Assembly (NCBI GenBank): GCA_963736745.1
Contig: CAVTQD010000026.1
Coordinates: 64,830 to 128,829, forward strand
Direction of reading: 5' to 3'
Source of the DNA: an uncultured Verrucomicrobiae bacterium
Lineage (GTDB): Bacteria > Verrucomicrobiota > Verrucomicrobiia > Chthoniobacterales > JAFAMB01
DNA length: 64,000 bases
The notes under the pieces were generated by a model. It worked only from the letters and a program-made list of their open reading frames with translations, ran no database searches and had not been told where the DNA came from. Positions 10,639 to 23,264 of the stretch are shown in pieces. Made by a program: the position numbers and the translations under genes. Position 1 is the stretch's first letter. Each line of letters opens with the position of its first letter.

Positions 10639-13600
10639 ATGTTTACAAAAGTCCTTGTGGCCAACCGTGGCGAGATCGCCTGCCGCATAATTCGCACCTT
10701 ACACAAACTGGGCATCCGGGCTGTTTCGGTCTATTCAGACGCAGATGCACACGCGATGCACGTTGCTCTGGCAGAAGAATCGTTCCGGATCGGACCGGCC
10801 CCGGCAAAGCAGAGCTATCTAGACACCGACGGGATTCTTTCGGTGGCGAAAAACTCGGGCTGCGAGGCACTCCATCCCGGATACGGGTTTCTGAGTGAGA
10901 ACGCCGAGTTTGCGGCCGAGTGTGAAAATGCCCGTATTCGCTTCATTGGCCCGACTTCGGAACAGATAAAATCGTTCGGGCTTAAGCATGTTGCCCGCGA
11001 GCTAGCCTCAAAAGCCGGGGCGCCGCTTCTGCCCGGCACGACCCTTCTGGCGGACGCACAGGAAGCTTTAAAAGCTGCTGAGCAGATCGGATACCCGATC
11101 ATGGTCAAAAGCACGGCAGGCGGAGGCGGGATCGGACTCCGGCTCTGCAGGTCGGCAAATGAGTTGCGAGAGAGATTTGATACGGTCAAGCGTTTAGGAG
11201 AAGCCAATTTCAAACAGGGCGGAGTTTACCTCGAAAAATTTGTTGAAATTGCGCGCCATGTCGAGGTTCAGATTTTTGGGGACGGCAGAGGTCAGGTTCT
11301 GGCCGTCGGCGAACGCGATTGCTCGATCCAGCGACGCAACCAGAAGGTAATCGAGGAGACGCCGGCGCCCGACCTTTCAGACGCCGTCCGCAAACGACTC
11401 TTCGAAGCTGCCATCAGTCTGGGCAAGACGGTCAACTATGCTTCTGCCGGAACAGTAGAATTTATTTATGATAGCCTCGCGCAGACGTTTTATTTTTTAG
11501 AGGTTAACACCCGACTTCAGGTCGAACACGGCGTCACAGAAGCAGTGACCGGTATCGACCTGGTGGAATGGATGATTCGGCTTGCGGCGGGCGAACTACC
11601 TCCGCTGGAAACTCTGGTCCCCATTTGCGAGGGTCACTCTATTCAAGTCCGCATCTACGCGGAAGATCCAAACAAGAATTTCCAGCCCAGCTCGGGGCTC
11701 TTGACCGAAGTTGTCTTTCCAAAGAATGCCCGGATTGACACAGGAATTGAACGAGGAACGGAAATCTCCCCTTACTACGATCCGCTGATCGCCAAGATCA
11801 TCGTCAAAGGCAAGGACCGACCACATGCCCTGGCGAAAATGAAGGATGCCCTTCAGCAAACCCGTATCTACGGAATCGAAACGAACCAAAGCTATCTCGA
11901 ATCGGTTCTGGAAGACGAGAGGGTGACGCGTGGCGAGGTCACTACCCGGCTGCTATCATCGTTCGAATATAGACCAGCAACCTTGGATATCCTGGAGTCG
12001 GGAACTCAGACCAGCGTCCAGGATTATCCAGGCCGTTTAGGATACTGGGCCGTGGGCGTACCACCCTCCGGTCCGATGGATGCACTCGCGTTTCGTTTCG
12101 GTAATCGACTCCTTTCAAATGCTCCCGTGGCTGCTGGATTGGAAATCACAATTTCTGGTCCGACGCTCCGATTCAATACCGACTGCGAATTTTGTCTAAC
12201 CGGCGCCTCGATGAAGGCCGACCTGGACGGCAATGACATCGCTTTCTGGACGGTCGTTCAGGCACGGGCGGGACAAACATTGAGGGTTGGACAAATCAGG
12301 GGAGGCGGCGCTCGAGGCATATCTCCTGGTGAAAGGCGGCCTGGATATTCCCGACTATCTCAATAGCAAGTCGACATTCGCTCTGGGTCGATTCGGAGGC
12401 CACGGGGGACGGGTTCTTCGGGCAGGAGATGTCCTCCGCCTTCGGAAAGACAGTCAAAACGTCTTATCCGAACCCGAAAGGAGTGCGCACACTCCTCGGG
12501 TTCTGCCAACCTCAATCGTTCCGAACTATTCCAATCGATGGGAGCTTGGAGTTTTGTATGGACCGCATGGCGCTCCTGACTTTTTTACCGCCGAGTACAT
12601 CGACACATTTTTCCTCACCGAATGGAAAGTTCACTACAACTCGAATCGGACAGGGGTCCGATTGATCGGCCCCAAGCCGAACTGGACTCGAACGGACGGC
12701 GGTGAAGCGGGTCTGCATCCGTCGAATATCCATGACAATGCGTACGCTGTGGGCGCGGTCGACTTCACCGGCGATATGCCTATCCTGCTTGGACCGGATG
12801 GCCCAAGTCTGGGTGGATTCGTGTGTCCGGCCGTTGTGGTGGATGCGGAACTCTGGAAACTTGGACAGCTCAAGGCGGAGGATACCGTACGTTTCCGCCG
12901 GTTGACGGTCGTTGAAGCCGAAAAGTTGAAGTTTGCGCAGGAACATGAAATTGAGAATGTTAGAGCCTTTCCCGAGCGCTCCAGCGATCGTTTCAACGTT
13001 TAGCGCAGGCTCAGGCGACGAAGCGATCCTCGCCGGAACTCGAGCCGGCCGGAGATCGGCCCCGCGTGGTCTACAGAGGGTCCGGCGACTCTTACATCCT
13101 GGTGGAATACGGACCCATTGTTTTGGATTTGAATCTCCGTTTCCGAATCCACGCCCTGATGCAATGGATGCAGGGCAATCAACTTCCGGGGATAATCGAT
13201 CTGACCCCCGGAATTCGGTCGTTACAGGTCCATTTTGACACCAGGAAGATTCACCTGAAGGATTTGCTCGCCGTTCTGCTGGCCGCCGAAAGGGAACTGC
13301 CGCTTGCCGATGAGATGGAAGTTCCGACGCGCATAGTTCACATGCCGCTCTCATGGGAAGATGAATCGACCTTGCTGGCGATTCAGAAATATATGCAGTC
13401 CGTTCGTGCCGACGCACCCTGGTGCCCAAGCAATCTCGAGTTTATTCGGCGCGTGAACGGCCTCGAGAGCATCGAAGATGTAAAGAAAATTGTCTTCGAT
13501 GCCAGTTACCTCGTTCTGGGTCTTGGCGACGTGTACCTGGGTGCTCCAGTCGCCGTTCCTATCGACCCGCGGCACCGATTGGTTACGACGAAATATAATC

Positions 13601-14277
13601 CTGCCAGGACCTGGACGCCAGAAAATGCGGTCGGCATCGGCGGCGCTTACCTGTGCATCTACGGAATGGAAGGTCCCGGCGGTTACCAGTTCGTCGGTCG
13701 TACGGTTCAGGTCTGGAACCGTTTCCATGTGACGAAGAATTTCGAGGCCGGCAAACCTTGGTTACTTCGTTTTTTCGATCAGATTCGATTCTATCCTGTT
13801 TCCGCGGAGCAATTGCTTCGTCACAGGGAGGATTTCTTGGCCGGTAAATTCAACCTGGCGATTGAGGAAGAAACGTTTCGGCTCAGCGAGTACCACGCTT
13901 TTTTGAACCAGATCGCGCCCGAGGCGGCAGCGTTCAAGGCGGAACAACAGGCCGCTTTCGAAGCCGAACGGGAACGCTGGACTTCCACGGAGTTCGTTCC
14001 CGCGGAAGACACGGGTTCAACGCCCATCCAGGAGGAGGTGCAGTTACCTGAGGGCGGATCGTTCATCGACGCACCGGTTGCCGGCAATCTGTGGAAGTTG
14101 ATGGCAAATTCAGGGGATCAGGTTCAACCTGACCAACCGGTAGCGGTCATCGAATCAATGAAGATGGAAATGCAGGTCTGCGCAACGCGCAGCGGCACGG
14201 TCCATTCGGTATTGTGCAAGGAATTTTCTCCAGTTTCTCAAGGGCAGCATCTCTTCATCATCGAAGTCCTGCCATAG
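10639..14277 (+). CDS. Urea/guanidine carboxylase (biotin carboxylase + allophanate-hydrolase-subunit-like carboxyltransferase + biotinyl domain), frame interrupted twice as given
   Basis: The total span is 3639 nt, about 1213 aa. The N-terminal biotin carboxylase reads [20 protein letters not shown]...[13 protein letters not shown]...[14 protein letters not shown]. The KipA/KipI-like parts lie in 12287-13003 and 13066-14277. The C-terminal biotin attachment motif is [12 protein letters not shown]. Frame order is 1, 2, 1, with shifts near 12300 and 13010-13060. Confidence 0.85.
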
Positions 14278-14430
14278 GATCAGATCATGAATGGAACCAA
14301 GATTTGTTTTTGATGGGCCCTGGGATTTCAATCGATTCCACCCTGTCCTTTCCTGTTGTCTGATCCGGAGTATAGTTCGGAACTTGAAGAGAGCTTGAAA
14401 ACTCAGCCTCTTAAGCCAAGGAGCAAAATT

Positions 14431-14940
14431 ATGAGCGAATTTCCGGATATTCAACCGTTCGGACCAAGGCCACCGCAGCACAAGGAGGATTCCCTGCCTG
14501 CAGCCCAAACAAACACTCCAGAAGAACCCGTGACTTCCTCGAAGATCGTCCCTCCGCAAAGCAGCGTGAATATGACGGCCGTTGTCACGGCCGTAACGGT
14601 CGGATTCGCTGTAGGCTATCTGTTCTCCCGCTACCAGCAGTCAATACTCCGGCAAAGCAAGATCGATGAATTCATCCACTATGCTCAGGCCTGGATCCGA
14701 GAACAAGGGCCGAAGATCGCCGACCCGATCAAGCAAGGCCTGGAGTCCACCGGTTCAACCGTAGAGCAGGCGATAAAGAAAGTGAGCGCCAGCCACCCGC
14801 TGGAATCGCTCAATCCGTTTTACCGGCAAAAACCTAGGAAAGTTTCTTGGACTCGAAATTTTCTGAGAGTGATGTCAGCATCGGCGCCCAGCCTCCATCC
14901 CAATCGTTGCTCGTTGTCCTCGATTTTTGATCGTTGCTGA
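14431..14940 (+). CDS. Hypothetical single-pass membrane protein
   Basis: ATG 14431 is preceded by AAGGAG. There is one hydrophobic segment, MTAVVTAVTVGFAVGYLF. No recognisable domain, and the C-terminal end is uncertain. Confidence 0.4.
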   Translation: MSEFPDIQPFGPRPPQHKEDSLPAAQTNTPEEPVTSSKIVPPQSSVNMTAVVTAVTVGFAVGYLFSRYQQSILRQSKIDEFIHYAQAWIREQGPKIADPIKQGLESTGSTVEQAIKKVSASHPLESLNPFYRQKPRKVSWTRNFLRVMSASAPSLHPNRCSLSSIFDRC

Positions 14941-15112
14941 CTAAAACTGCCTTGCAACGTGTATGGACCGTGAGCGAACGGACGAGTCCGTCCCGTTCGC
15001 TCGCTCCAAAGAGGACGAGCCTCTATCCGAACCCTTCGTCCTCTTCTCGTCGTCGTCCTCCTTCTCGGTTTCTCTTGGCGTGGGAAAATGCTGTTGCGTG
15101 GCTCGCTCGTTC

Positions 15113-15141
15113 GCGGCTTTTCTTAGCGCAAGCCGCTTTTG
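15113..15141 (+). terminator. Candidate rho-independent terminator in the convergent intergenic region
   Basis: GCGGCTT (15113-15119), 10-nt loop, AAGCCGC (15130-15136), then TTTT (15137-15140). Confidence 0.45.
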
Positions 15142-15201
15142 TCGGCAGCGGTCAAAGATCGCGAACGAGGACGAAGAACGACGACGAGGACGATTTTTGG
15201 G

Positions 15202-16466
15202 CTACCAGCTATACCCTGCTCCAATGTCAATTTGTTGAACCCAATAATCTCCTCCTACCTCACCCGAATAGTCAGTGAACACGACAAACGAATCGTTTAT
15301 GCGGTACGAGACTCCGACTAATCCCCATGCCGCGTTACGATCTATGCCCGTCCAGGTATCCAAGTATTCATGCTGCCAGCCAGCCTGTACGTAGGGTGTC
15401 CATTTTCCGGCATGCCATGCCACTCGGCCTCCTACGCGGCTAAAAAGCTCACGCAAGGGTACAAACCCGTCCGCGTAATCGTACTCGATGCTGGCCCATG
15501 GCCCTGCCTCTAGCGAACCAAATCGCCACGCGTAGCCCGTGCCGGCGTACGCGGTCCCGTCGAATCCGTTCGTAGTGCCGTTCGCATCGTAAGCAGTTCC
15601 GCCAGCCAACCCGGCCAAAGTTCCATACCAGCCTCCCCTCCAGAAAGATGTGTAAAGGCCGCCCCTGAAAGTGTTCGCGCTGAAATGCTGGCCGCTCCAC
15701 GAGCCCGAAGTGTAGGTGTAATCGGTTACGACCCCGACCAGCCAATGCGGCGTTACGCGGTAGTCAAGGCCAATAGTGAATTGACCGGCACTATAGTGGC
15801 TATCGTTGAAGTTGTCATAATGCCCGAATAACCCGGTCCCGACCACCCAAACATCCCAACGCTTTCCTGGACGACAGGCGCGCTTGGAACCACGGCTTGC
15901 TTGCCGTCCTTGGTGTACCCTTCCTTGCTGTACCCTTCCTTGCCGTATCCGTACGTGGGGCCTTCCTCGGCCGGTGACTCCTCAGCCCGATCGCGGATCT
16001 CAGCGGCGCGTTGTTCAATTGAACTCGTCACCGCGGCGGCGCCATCAATCGTCGACTGTTCAATGGGCGCAAAAGAGATGCCAGGCGTGGGCCGTGGTGT
16101 TGGAGTCGGCGAAGGCGAAGGAGTCGGGGAACCGCCACCGGACGGCGTCGGATGCGGCGTTGGGGTCGGAGTTGGTGTTGGAGAACCACCACCGGACGGT
16201 GTTGGGTGCGGTGTCGGTGTTGGTGTTGGTGTTGGTGAGTGGCCCGGTGTGGGAGTTGGCGTCGGTGTCGGGCGCGGCGTGGGGGTTGGCGTCGGTGTTT
16301 GGACGCGGCGTGGGGGTCGGCGTCGGGCGCGGCGTGGGGGTGGGGGTCGGTGTGGTGTCGGCGTGGGCGTCGGCGCCGCCAAACTCCGATCAAGCCCCAA
16401 GCCGCAAATATTAACGATTAGAAAGAGCGCTGTCGCCGCTGCAAAGTAGCGTTTTACGTGTCTCAT
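15202..16466 (-). CDS. Small autotransporter: signal peptide, Pro/Thr-rich tract, C-terminal beta-barrel translocator domain; one frameshift as given
   Basis: Piece 15753-16466 reads [22 protein letters not shown]..., then about 100 aa of PTPTP-type sequence. Piece 15202-15846 carries the barrel: [23 protein letters not shown]...GLYTSFW...AGWQHEY...[37 protein letters not shown], with a terminal aromatic residue. The shift lies near 15800-15850. Confidence 0.7.
16062..16375. repeat. Low-complexity Pro/Thr-coding repeat tract inside the autotransporter gene
   Basis: The plus strand is G-rich (GGCGTSGG-type words). It encodes PTPTPTP runs on the minus strand and includes a direct duplication, [18 protein letters not shown] x2. 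Confidence 0.6.
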
Positions 16467-16865
16467 TTTGGCACAATGTTGATCATCAAAAGGAAACTCG
16501 ATCTGTCGGCGGTCGATTCAAAACCAGCCAAAACGAGTTAGTGGGAGTCCGCCTAGGACTCACCAATTCGTGGTTTTAAGCTGGTCAGAGATGTTTTGGC
16601 AAGACCGATTTAACAATCTTCTGATGATCCGAGATCAAAGTTAACTCTAAGGCACCCTCGCCCACAGTGACGGCCCATCGCGCACCCCACGGAAAGACTT
16701 GTTAATATAGTTACTGTTATAAATATCACCTATTGCAGGGTTTCAATATCGGCTATTGAGCGGTCCAATTCTGAGCTCCACGAGCCCTAACCAGATCACT
16801 GGTGCACGGTTGCGTTTCATCAAGCATTGCATACGGAGGAACTGTTGTGTAGGCAATTTAACCTC

Positions 16866-17235
16866 ATGCAGATTCTGCGCGATTTGAGAGAGCTGACGCC
16901 AAATCAGCGGAACGCTGTCTTGGCATGCTTTCTCGGATGGACGCTCGATGCGTTCGATTTTTTTATCATTGTCTTTGTCTTGAACGATATCGCGAAGGAG
17001 TTCAAAACGGACTTTCCAGCAGTGACCGCCACCCTCTTCCTAACATTGGCAATGCGGCCTCTGGGCGCATTTAAGTTCGGCATTGCAGCGGACAGATTCG
17101 GGCCGGCCGATATTAATGATCGATATTCTGAACGGCTTGGCGCTTGCCATCACAGCGGGCATCGTGGCGATAACCGTAGCGGCCGTGACAGCTTTCGGTC
17201 CCGAGCAACTGGGCGTGAAATTCGGCGATCCATAA
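16866..17235 (+). pseudogene. MFS transporter remnant (N-terminal TM1-2 joined to extreme C-terminus; large internal deletion)
   Basis: MQILRDLRELTPNQRNAVLACFLGWTLDAFDFFIIVFVLNDIAKEFK...LAMRPLGAFKFGIAADRFG is a typical MFS N-terminus. After about 17100 another frame reads ILMIDILNGLALAITAGIVAITVAAVTAFGPEQLGVKFGDP-stop, which is a last-TM tail. About 120 codons remain where an MFS needs about 400 or more. Confidence 0.65.
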
Positions 17236-17360
17236 GCGTCCAGTTCGTTTCGATTCGGAACGGTTCAGCACAGAGAAAAAAGCATTCAAATTCGACCGCG
17301 GGTGAAATCCCTTGATAGGCCATCACGCTTTTTGTATATCCAAAACGAATCCCTCCCTCC

Positions 17361-19139
<1,779 letters not shown>

Positions 19140-19194
19140 GTGAAATGCCTTGATCGTTCGCCCCATTCTTCCTATACCAAAACAAAACTCCCCC

Positions 19195-20502
19195 ATGAAA
19201 ATAACCATTTCCTGTCTTGCAGCATGCTTCTTTTCCGCGGTGGCACAAGCCGCACCAACCGAACTTACCTATTGGGATTTTCTCGGTGGCGGCGACGGCG
19301 TGCGAATGAAACAAATCGTGGAAGAATTTAACAAGAGCCAAAGCGAGATCCACGTCAACGAGTCGACACTCACCTGGGGCGAGCCATTCTATACCAAGGT
19401 TCATACGGCGGTCGTTTCCGGGGAGACTCCCGATGTCATGACCTATCATCTCTCACACTTTCCCGCGGGAATTGCGGGTAAAGACCTGAGACCGATCACG
19501 ACGGAAGAACTTGCCAAAGCCGGTCTCAAGGACTCCGACTTCCAAAAGTCGCTGATCGACAGGTCTCTGGAGCTTAGTAAGACATACGGAAAGACAGACC
19601 AACTCTTCGGCGTCCCACTCGATATTCACACGATCGTCTTATACTACAATAAGACCGCGCTGCAGAAGGCTGGGCTGCTCGATGCCGATGGAAAACCGAG
19701 CGGCCTCGACAGCATCGAGTCCTTTACGAAGATGCTAGCCGCAGTCAAGGCCAAAACCCATTTGATTCCGATCGCGTGGTCCGGGACAACTTCAGCGGAT
19801 CCCGCATCCTGCTGGCGCGTTTGGTTCACATTCTTAAAACAGCAGAACGGCGATTTCTTTAAGGACGGTCAGTTATCCTTCGATAGCGTGGCGGCTCCGG
19901 GAAGTAAAGCACTTCAAATTATAGCGGACTGGGCAAAGGATGGACTCATTCCGAAGAATACGACCTATCCTGCGATGGTGGCACTTTTTACCGCAGGTCG
20001 CGGCGTATTCATGATCAACGGCAACTGGGAAGTGCCAACCCTCGTGGATCTGCAAAAGCAAAATAAGCTTCCCTTTGAATACGGCATCCTTCCGTTTCCG
20101 AAGCTCTTCGATAACCAGGATACCTGGGCCGATTCCCACCAATTGGCGATCCCAAACAATCAGAAGACACCGGCCTCTCCGGAAAAAGTCGCGGCGGCGC
20201 TGAAGTTTATCGCCTACGTCGTTCAGCAAGTGACCTGGGCCGGTGGCGGTCACATCCCAGCCTACCTTCCCGTTCAAGAGAGTGCTGCCTACAAGGAAAT
20301 GTCGCCGAATAACCAATATAGCGCCGGCGCGGCAAAAGATGTCGTATTCGAGCCCGCGATACCAATATTTGGTGTCGGCAGCCCGAGTTTTGGCGCGATC
20401 AGCAATTTCCTGATCCCGGCCATAAACGGGCAATTGCCTGTCGACAAGGGATACAGTCAATTCATCGACGAACTGCAAAAATTTGCAAAGCAACAGCAGT
20501 AG
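19195..20502 (+). CDS. Sugar ABC transporter substrate-binding protein
   Basis: Signal peptide MKITISCLAACFFSAVAQAAP and family-1 SBP-like sequence. It is followed by two MalF/MalG-type permease genes. Confidence 0.85.
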   Translation: MKITISCLAACFFSAVAQAAPTELTYWDFLGGGDGVRMKQIVEEFNKSQSEIHVNESTLTWGEPFYTKVHTAVVSGETPDVMTYHLSHFPAGIAGKDLRPITTEELAKAGLKDSDFQKSLIDRSLELSKTYGKTDQLFGVPLDIHTIVLYYNKTALQKAGLLDADGKPSGLDSIESFTKMLAAVKAKTHLIPIAWSGTTSADPASCWRVWFTFLKQQNGDFFKDGQLSFDSVAAPGSKALQIIADWAKDGLIPKNTTYPAMVALFTAGRGVFMINGNWEVPTLVDLQKQNKLPFEYGILPFPKLFDNQDTWADSHQLAIPNNQKTPASPEKVAAALKFIAYVVQQVTWAGGGHIPAYLPVQESAAYKEMSPNNQYSAGAAKDVVFEPAIPIFGVGSPSFGAISNFLIPAINGQLPVDKGYSQFIDELQKFAKQQQ

Positions 20503-20530
20503 GCCAACCCGGGAGGGTGGTTTCTCTGCT

Positions 20531-21418
20531 ATGACGAAAGCTCAGCTAGATGACCGGCGAACGAAGCGCCGAAAGCGCCGGTCAAACGCCTGGGTTTTCG
20601 TTGCCCCGTTTCTCTTCTTTTACGGGGTGTTTCTGATTTATCCCGCAATCCAGGTTTGCTATTTGAGCCTAACTAACTCGGATATCGCGGGCCAGGGAGG
20701 CTTTGTCGGATTGCAAAATTTTGTCGAGTTAATGCATGACCAGGATTTTTGGGCTGCGGTCTGGCACACGCTTTACTTCATATTTTTGACCGTCGTGCCC
20801 AATACCGCGGTCGGTTTCTTTCTGGCTCTATTAGTGGTTCGTTTAAAACGATTGCGATTACCTATCCTCTCGGCGTTTTTTTTGCCTTTCGTGCTGCCGG
20901 TCAGCGTAGTGACAACCGCCGCACTGTGGATTCTTGACACAAATTTCGGAATTATTAACTATCTGGTTGGAAGTTCGATCGCATGGTTTCAGGATCCGAT
21001 GTGGGCCATGCCGGCGGTGGCAGCGGTCACGATCTGGTGGACAGTAGGGTTTAACATGCTCCTTTTCATTGCCGGCCTCCAGAATATCTCGTCCGATGTC
21101 TATGAGGCCGCGTCGATTGACGGAGCGAATAGCTTCCAGCAGTTTATCAGGATTACTTGTCCGCTGATCTGGCCGGTAACAAGTTTGGTCTTGGTCCTTC
21201 AACTCATCGCGCAATTCAAAATTTTTGACCAGGTGTATCTCCTAACGCTAGGGGGACCATACAACTCCACGATGGTTGTTCTCCTGTACATGTATCGTCA
21301 GGCATTTCAGCTGAATCGGGGCGGCTACGCTTCCGCGGTGGCGATCGTGTTGGTGGTGATCATGTCACTGATATCGGCCATACAATTCCGACTCCTGCAG
21401 GGGAGACGTTCAAAATGA
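20531..21418 (+). CDS. Sugar ABC transporter permease (MalF/UgpA-like)
   Basis: Six-TM pattern and the EAA-type loop YEAASIDGANSFQQFIRITCPLIWP. ATG 20531. Confidence 0.85.
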   Translation: MTKAQLDDRRTKRRKRRSNAWVFVAPFLFFYGVFLIYPAIQVCYLSLTNSDIAGQGGFVGLQNFVELMHDQDFWAAVWHTLYFIFLTVVPNTAVGFFLALLVVRLKRLRLPILSAFFLPFVLPVSVVTTAALWILDTNFGIINYLVGSSIAWFQDPMWAMPAVAAVTIWWTVGFNMLLFIAGLQNISSDVYEAASIDGANSFQQFIRITCPLIWPVTSLVLVLQLIAQFKIFDQVYLLTLGGPYNSTMVVLLYMYRQAFQLNRGGYASAVAIVLVVIMSLISAIQFRLLQGRRSK

Positions 21419-22247
21419 AAAAGCAAGGTGTGTCGACTATTAGCGCTGGGTTTGCACCGGACTGACGGTGATTATGGCTTTGGCCTGGCTGTTTCCCGTT
21501 TACTGGATAGTCGCCACCGCTTTTAAGAGCGAAACAGATACCATCGCGCTTCCGCCTTCTTTCGTACCGTTTCCGCCCGATTTTGGGGCTTTCATTTACG
21601 TGATTCAAAACAGCCCGATCTTCCGCTGGTATCTGAACACCGTCCTGGTATCCGCAGTGATTACCTTTTTTTCTATTTCTTGTGCTTTGATGTGCGCCTA
21701 TGCTCTCTCCCTTCTCGATTTTAAAGCCAAGGGGATCATTAATTTGGCGCTTTTGGTCGGGTTTATGCTTCCGTTTGGCGCGATGGCGATCCCGCTGTTT
21801 ATGCTGATGAACAAATTACATTTCGTGAATACCTATGCGGGAATTATCCTACCCCAGATCGCGACGCCTCTATCGGTAATCGTTTTCAAGCGGTTCTTCG
21901 ACCAAGTCCCGATAGATTTCCGTAATGCCGCGGTGATTGACGGGGCGGGCGATTTCAGAATTCTCTTTAACATCTATATCCCGCTTAATTGGAGCATTAT
22001 TTGGGCGATGACCATCGTCACTTTCATCGGTGCCTGGAATAACTTTTTCTGGCCGTTTATCGTCACCAACTCGACTCCGATGCTGACGATTCCGGTCGGG
22101 ATGACGCAGGTCCAATCCGCTTATGGCGTTGCCTTCGCGAAAACGTCGGCAATCGCTGTTATGGCTTCTATCCCAACAGCCGCCGCCTATCTTATGTTCC
22201 AGAAGCGAGTGACCCAGGGCGTCATGGCGGCAGCGGGAATAAAATAG
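21415..22247 (+). CDS. Sugar ABC transporter permease (MalG/UgpE-like); probable frameshift near codon 10
   Basis: ATG 21415 overlaps the upstream stop (ATGA) and reads MKKQGVSTIS, then hits a stop. The main frame (21468-22247) carries FRNAAVIDGAGDFRILFNIYIPLNW. The N-terminal TM is only complete if the frames are joined near 21440. Confidence 0.8.
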
Positions 22248-22417
22248 GTGACACAAGGGCCTGGCACGGATTGATATCCCCTGAATTCTCGTTGCCCTTC
22301 GGAAAGCGGGCTACCTGACTAAAGCAAAGAGCACCGACCGCCGATCGACATCCTCCATTTTGCTTTACATGGGATGAAAGATAATTAGCATCGAAACTAG
22401 CTCAGGAAATTTCGGCG

Positions 22418-23191
22418 ATGTTGAACTCCAAACAATCCGCGAACACCCGTTTGAAGCCCAAGGCCCGCGAAGCGACCCGCTCGGTCAGCGTCGTCGACCG
22501 CCTCGTTTCCGCTCTCGGACGCAACATCGCCGGCGGCGTCTGGAAGCCGGAGGAGACGTTGCCGACCGAACCAGAGTTGGCGCATCGCTTCGGAGCGGGC
22601 CGGAATGCGGTTCGAGAGGCGGTCAAGATTCTTGCGGCCAAAGGCTTTGTGCGAACCGAGCGCCGGGCCGGGACGATCGTTCGACCGGAATTCTGCTGGA
22701 ACCTGCTCGACCCCGAAGTGCTGAGCTGGATGCTTACGGCGTTGGCGAACAGAGACAATCTGCTGGACGAGTTGTCGGAACTGCGCTCCATCATCGAACC
22801 TACGGTCGCGGCCCTCGCAGCGACCCATGCGTCAGCCATGGAAACGCTACAAATCTTCGAGACGTACGACCAGATGGAGAAAATTCCCGACGAGATGCAA
22901 AACGTTATCGACGTGGATGTCGCGTTCCACGAGCTGCTTTTCGAAGCCACTCACAACCGGCTTCTAATCGCTCTGGTCCCGGCATTTTCGCTTTTATTAC
23001 GAACGAACTTTGAAATCTCGATACGGGCGGGTAAACCGGCTACCCGGAACCTGAAGGAGCACAGGCAAATCGCTGAAGCAGTCTCCCGGCGAGATCCGAA
23101 CGGAGCCATGCGAGCAACCCGAAAGCTTCTAACAAAAAGTGCCGCCGAGCTTGCCGAGATGATCAAAAGAGAGCGCCGAACGCGGAAGTGA
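22418..23191 (+). CDS. GntR/FadR-family transcriptional regulator
   Basis: Winged-HTH LPTEPELAHRFGAGRNAVREAVKILAAKGFVRTERRAGTIV followed by an FCD-type helical ligand domain. Confidence 0.85.
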   Translation: MLNSKQSANTRLKPKAREATRSVSVVDRLVSALGRNIAGGVWKPEETLPTEPELAHRFGAGRNAVREAVKILAAKGFVRTERRAGTIVRPEFCWNLLDPEVLSWMLTALANRDNLLDELSELRSIIEPTVAALAATHASAMETLQIFETYDQMEKIPDEMQNVIDVDVAFHELLFEATHNRLLIALVPAFSLLLRTNFEISIRAGKPATRNLKEHRQIAEAVSRRDPNGAMRATRKLLTKSAAELAEMIKRERRTRK

Positions 23192-23200
23192 GTGGCGATG

Positions 23201-23264
23201 CCAGAGGTTCAGGAGTTGCAGGAGCAAAGCGGCACGGTGCGGATAGTGCAACTCCTGACTCCTG
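23201..23264. repeat. Heptad-based inverted-repeat element, copy A (hairpin right after the GntR stop)
   Basis: CAGGAGTTGCA (23210-23220) pairs with TGCAACTCCTG (23247-23257) and is followed by ACTCCTG. It uses the same AGGAGTTGCAG / CTGACTCCTG words as copies B-D. Confidence 0.5.

Noticed and set aside
15884-16449. Gly/Val-rich plus-strand ORFs (GVGVGVG...)
   Set aside because: They are the antisense reading of the Pro/Thr-coding tract of the autotransporter gene.
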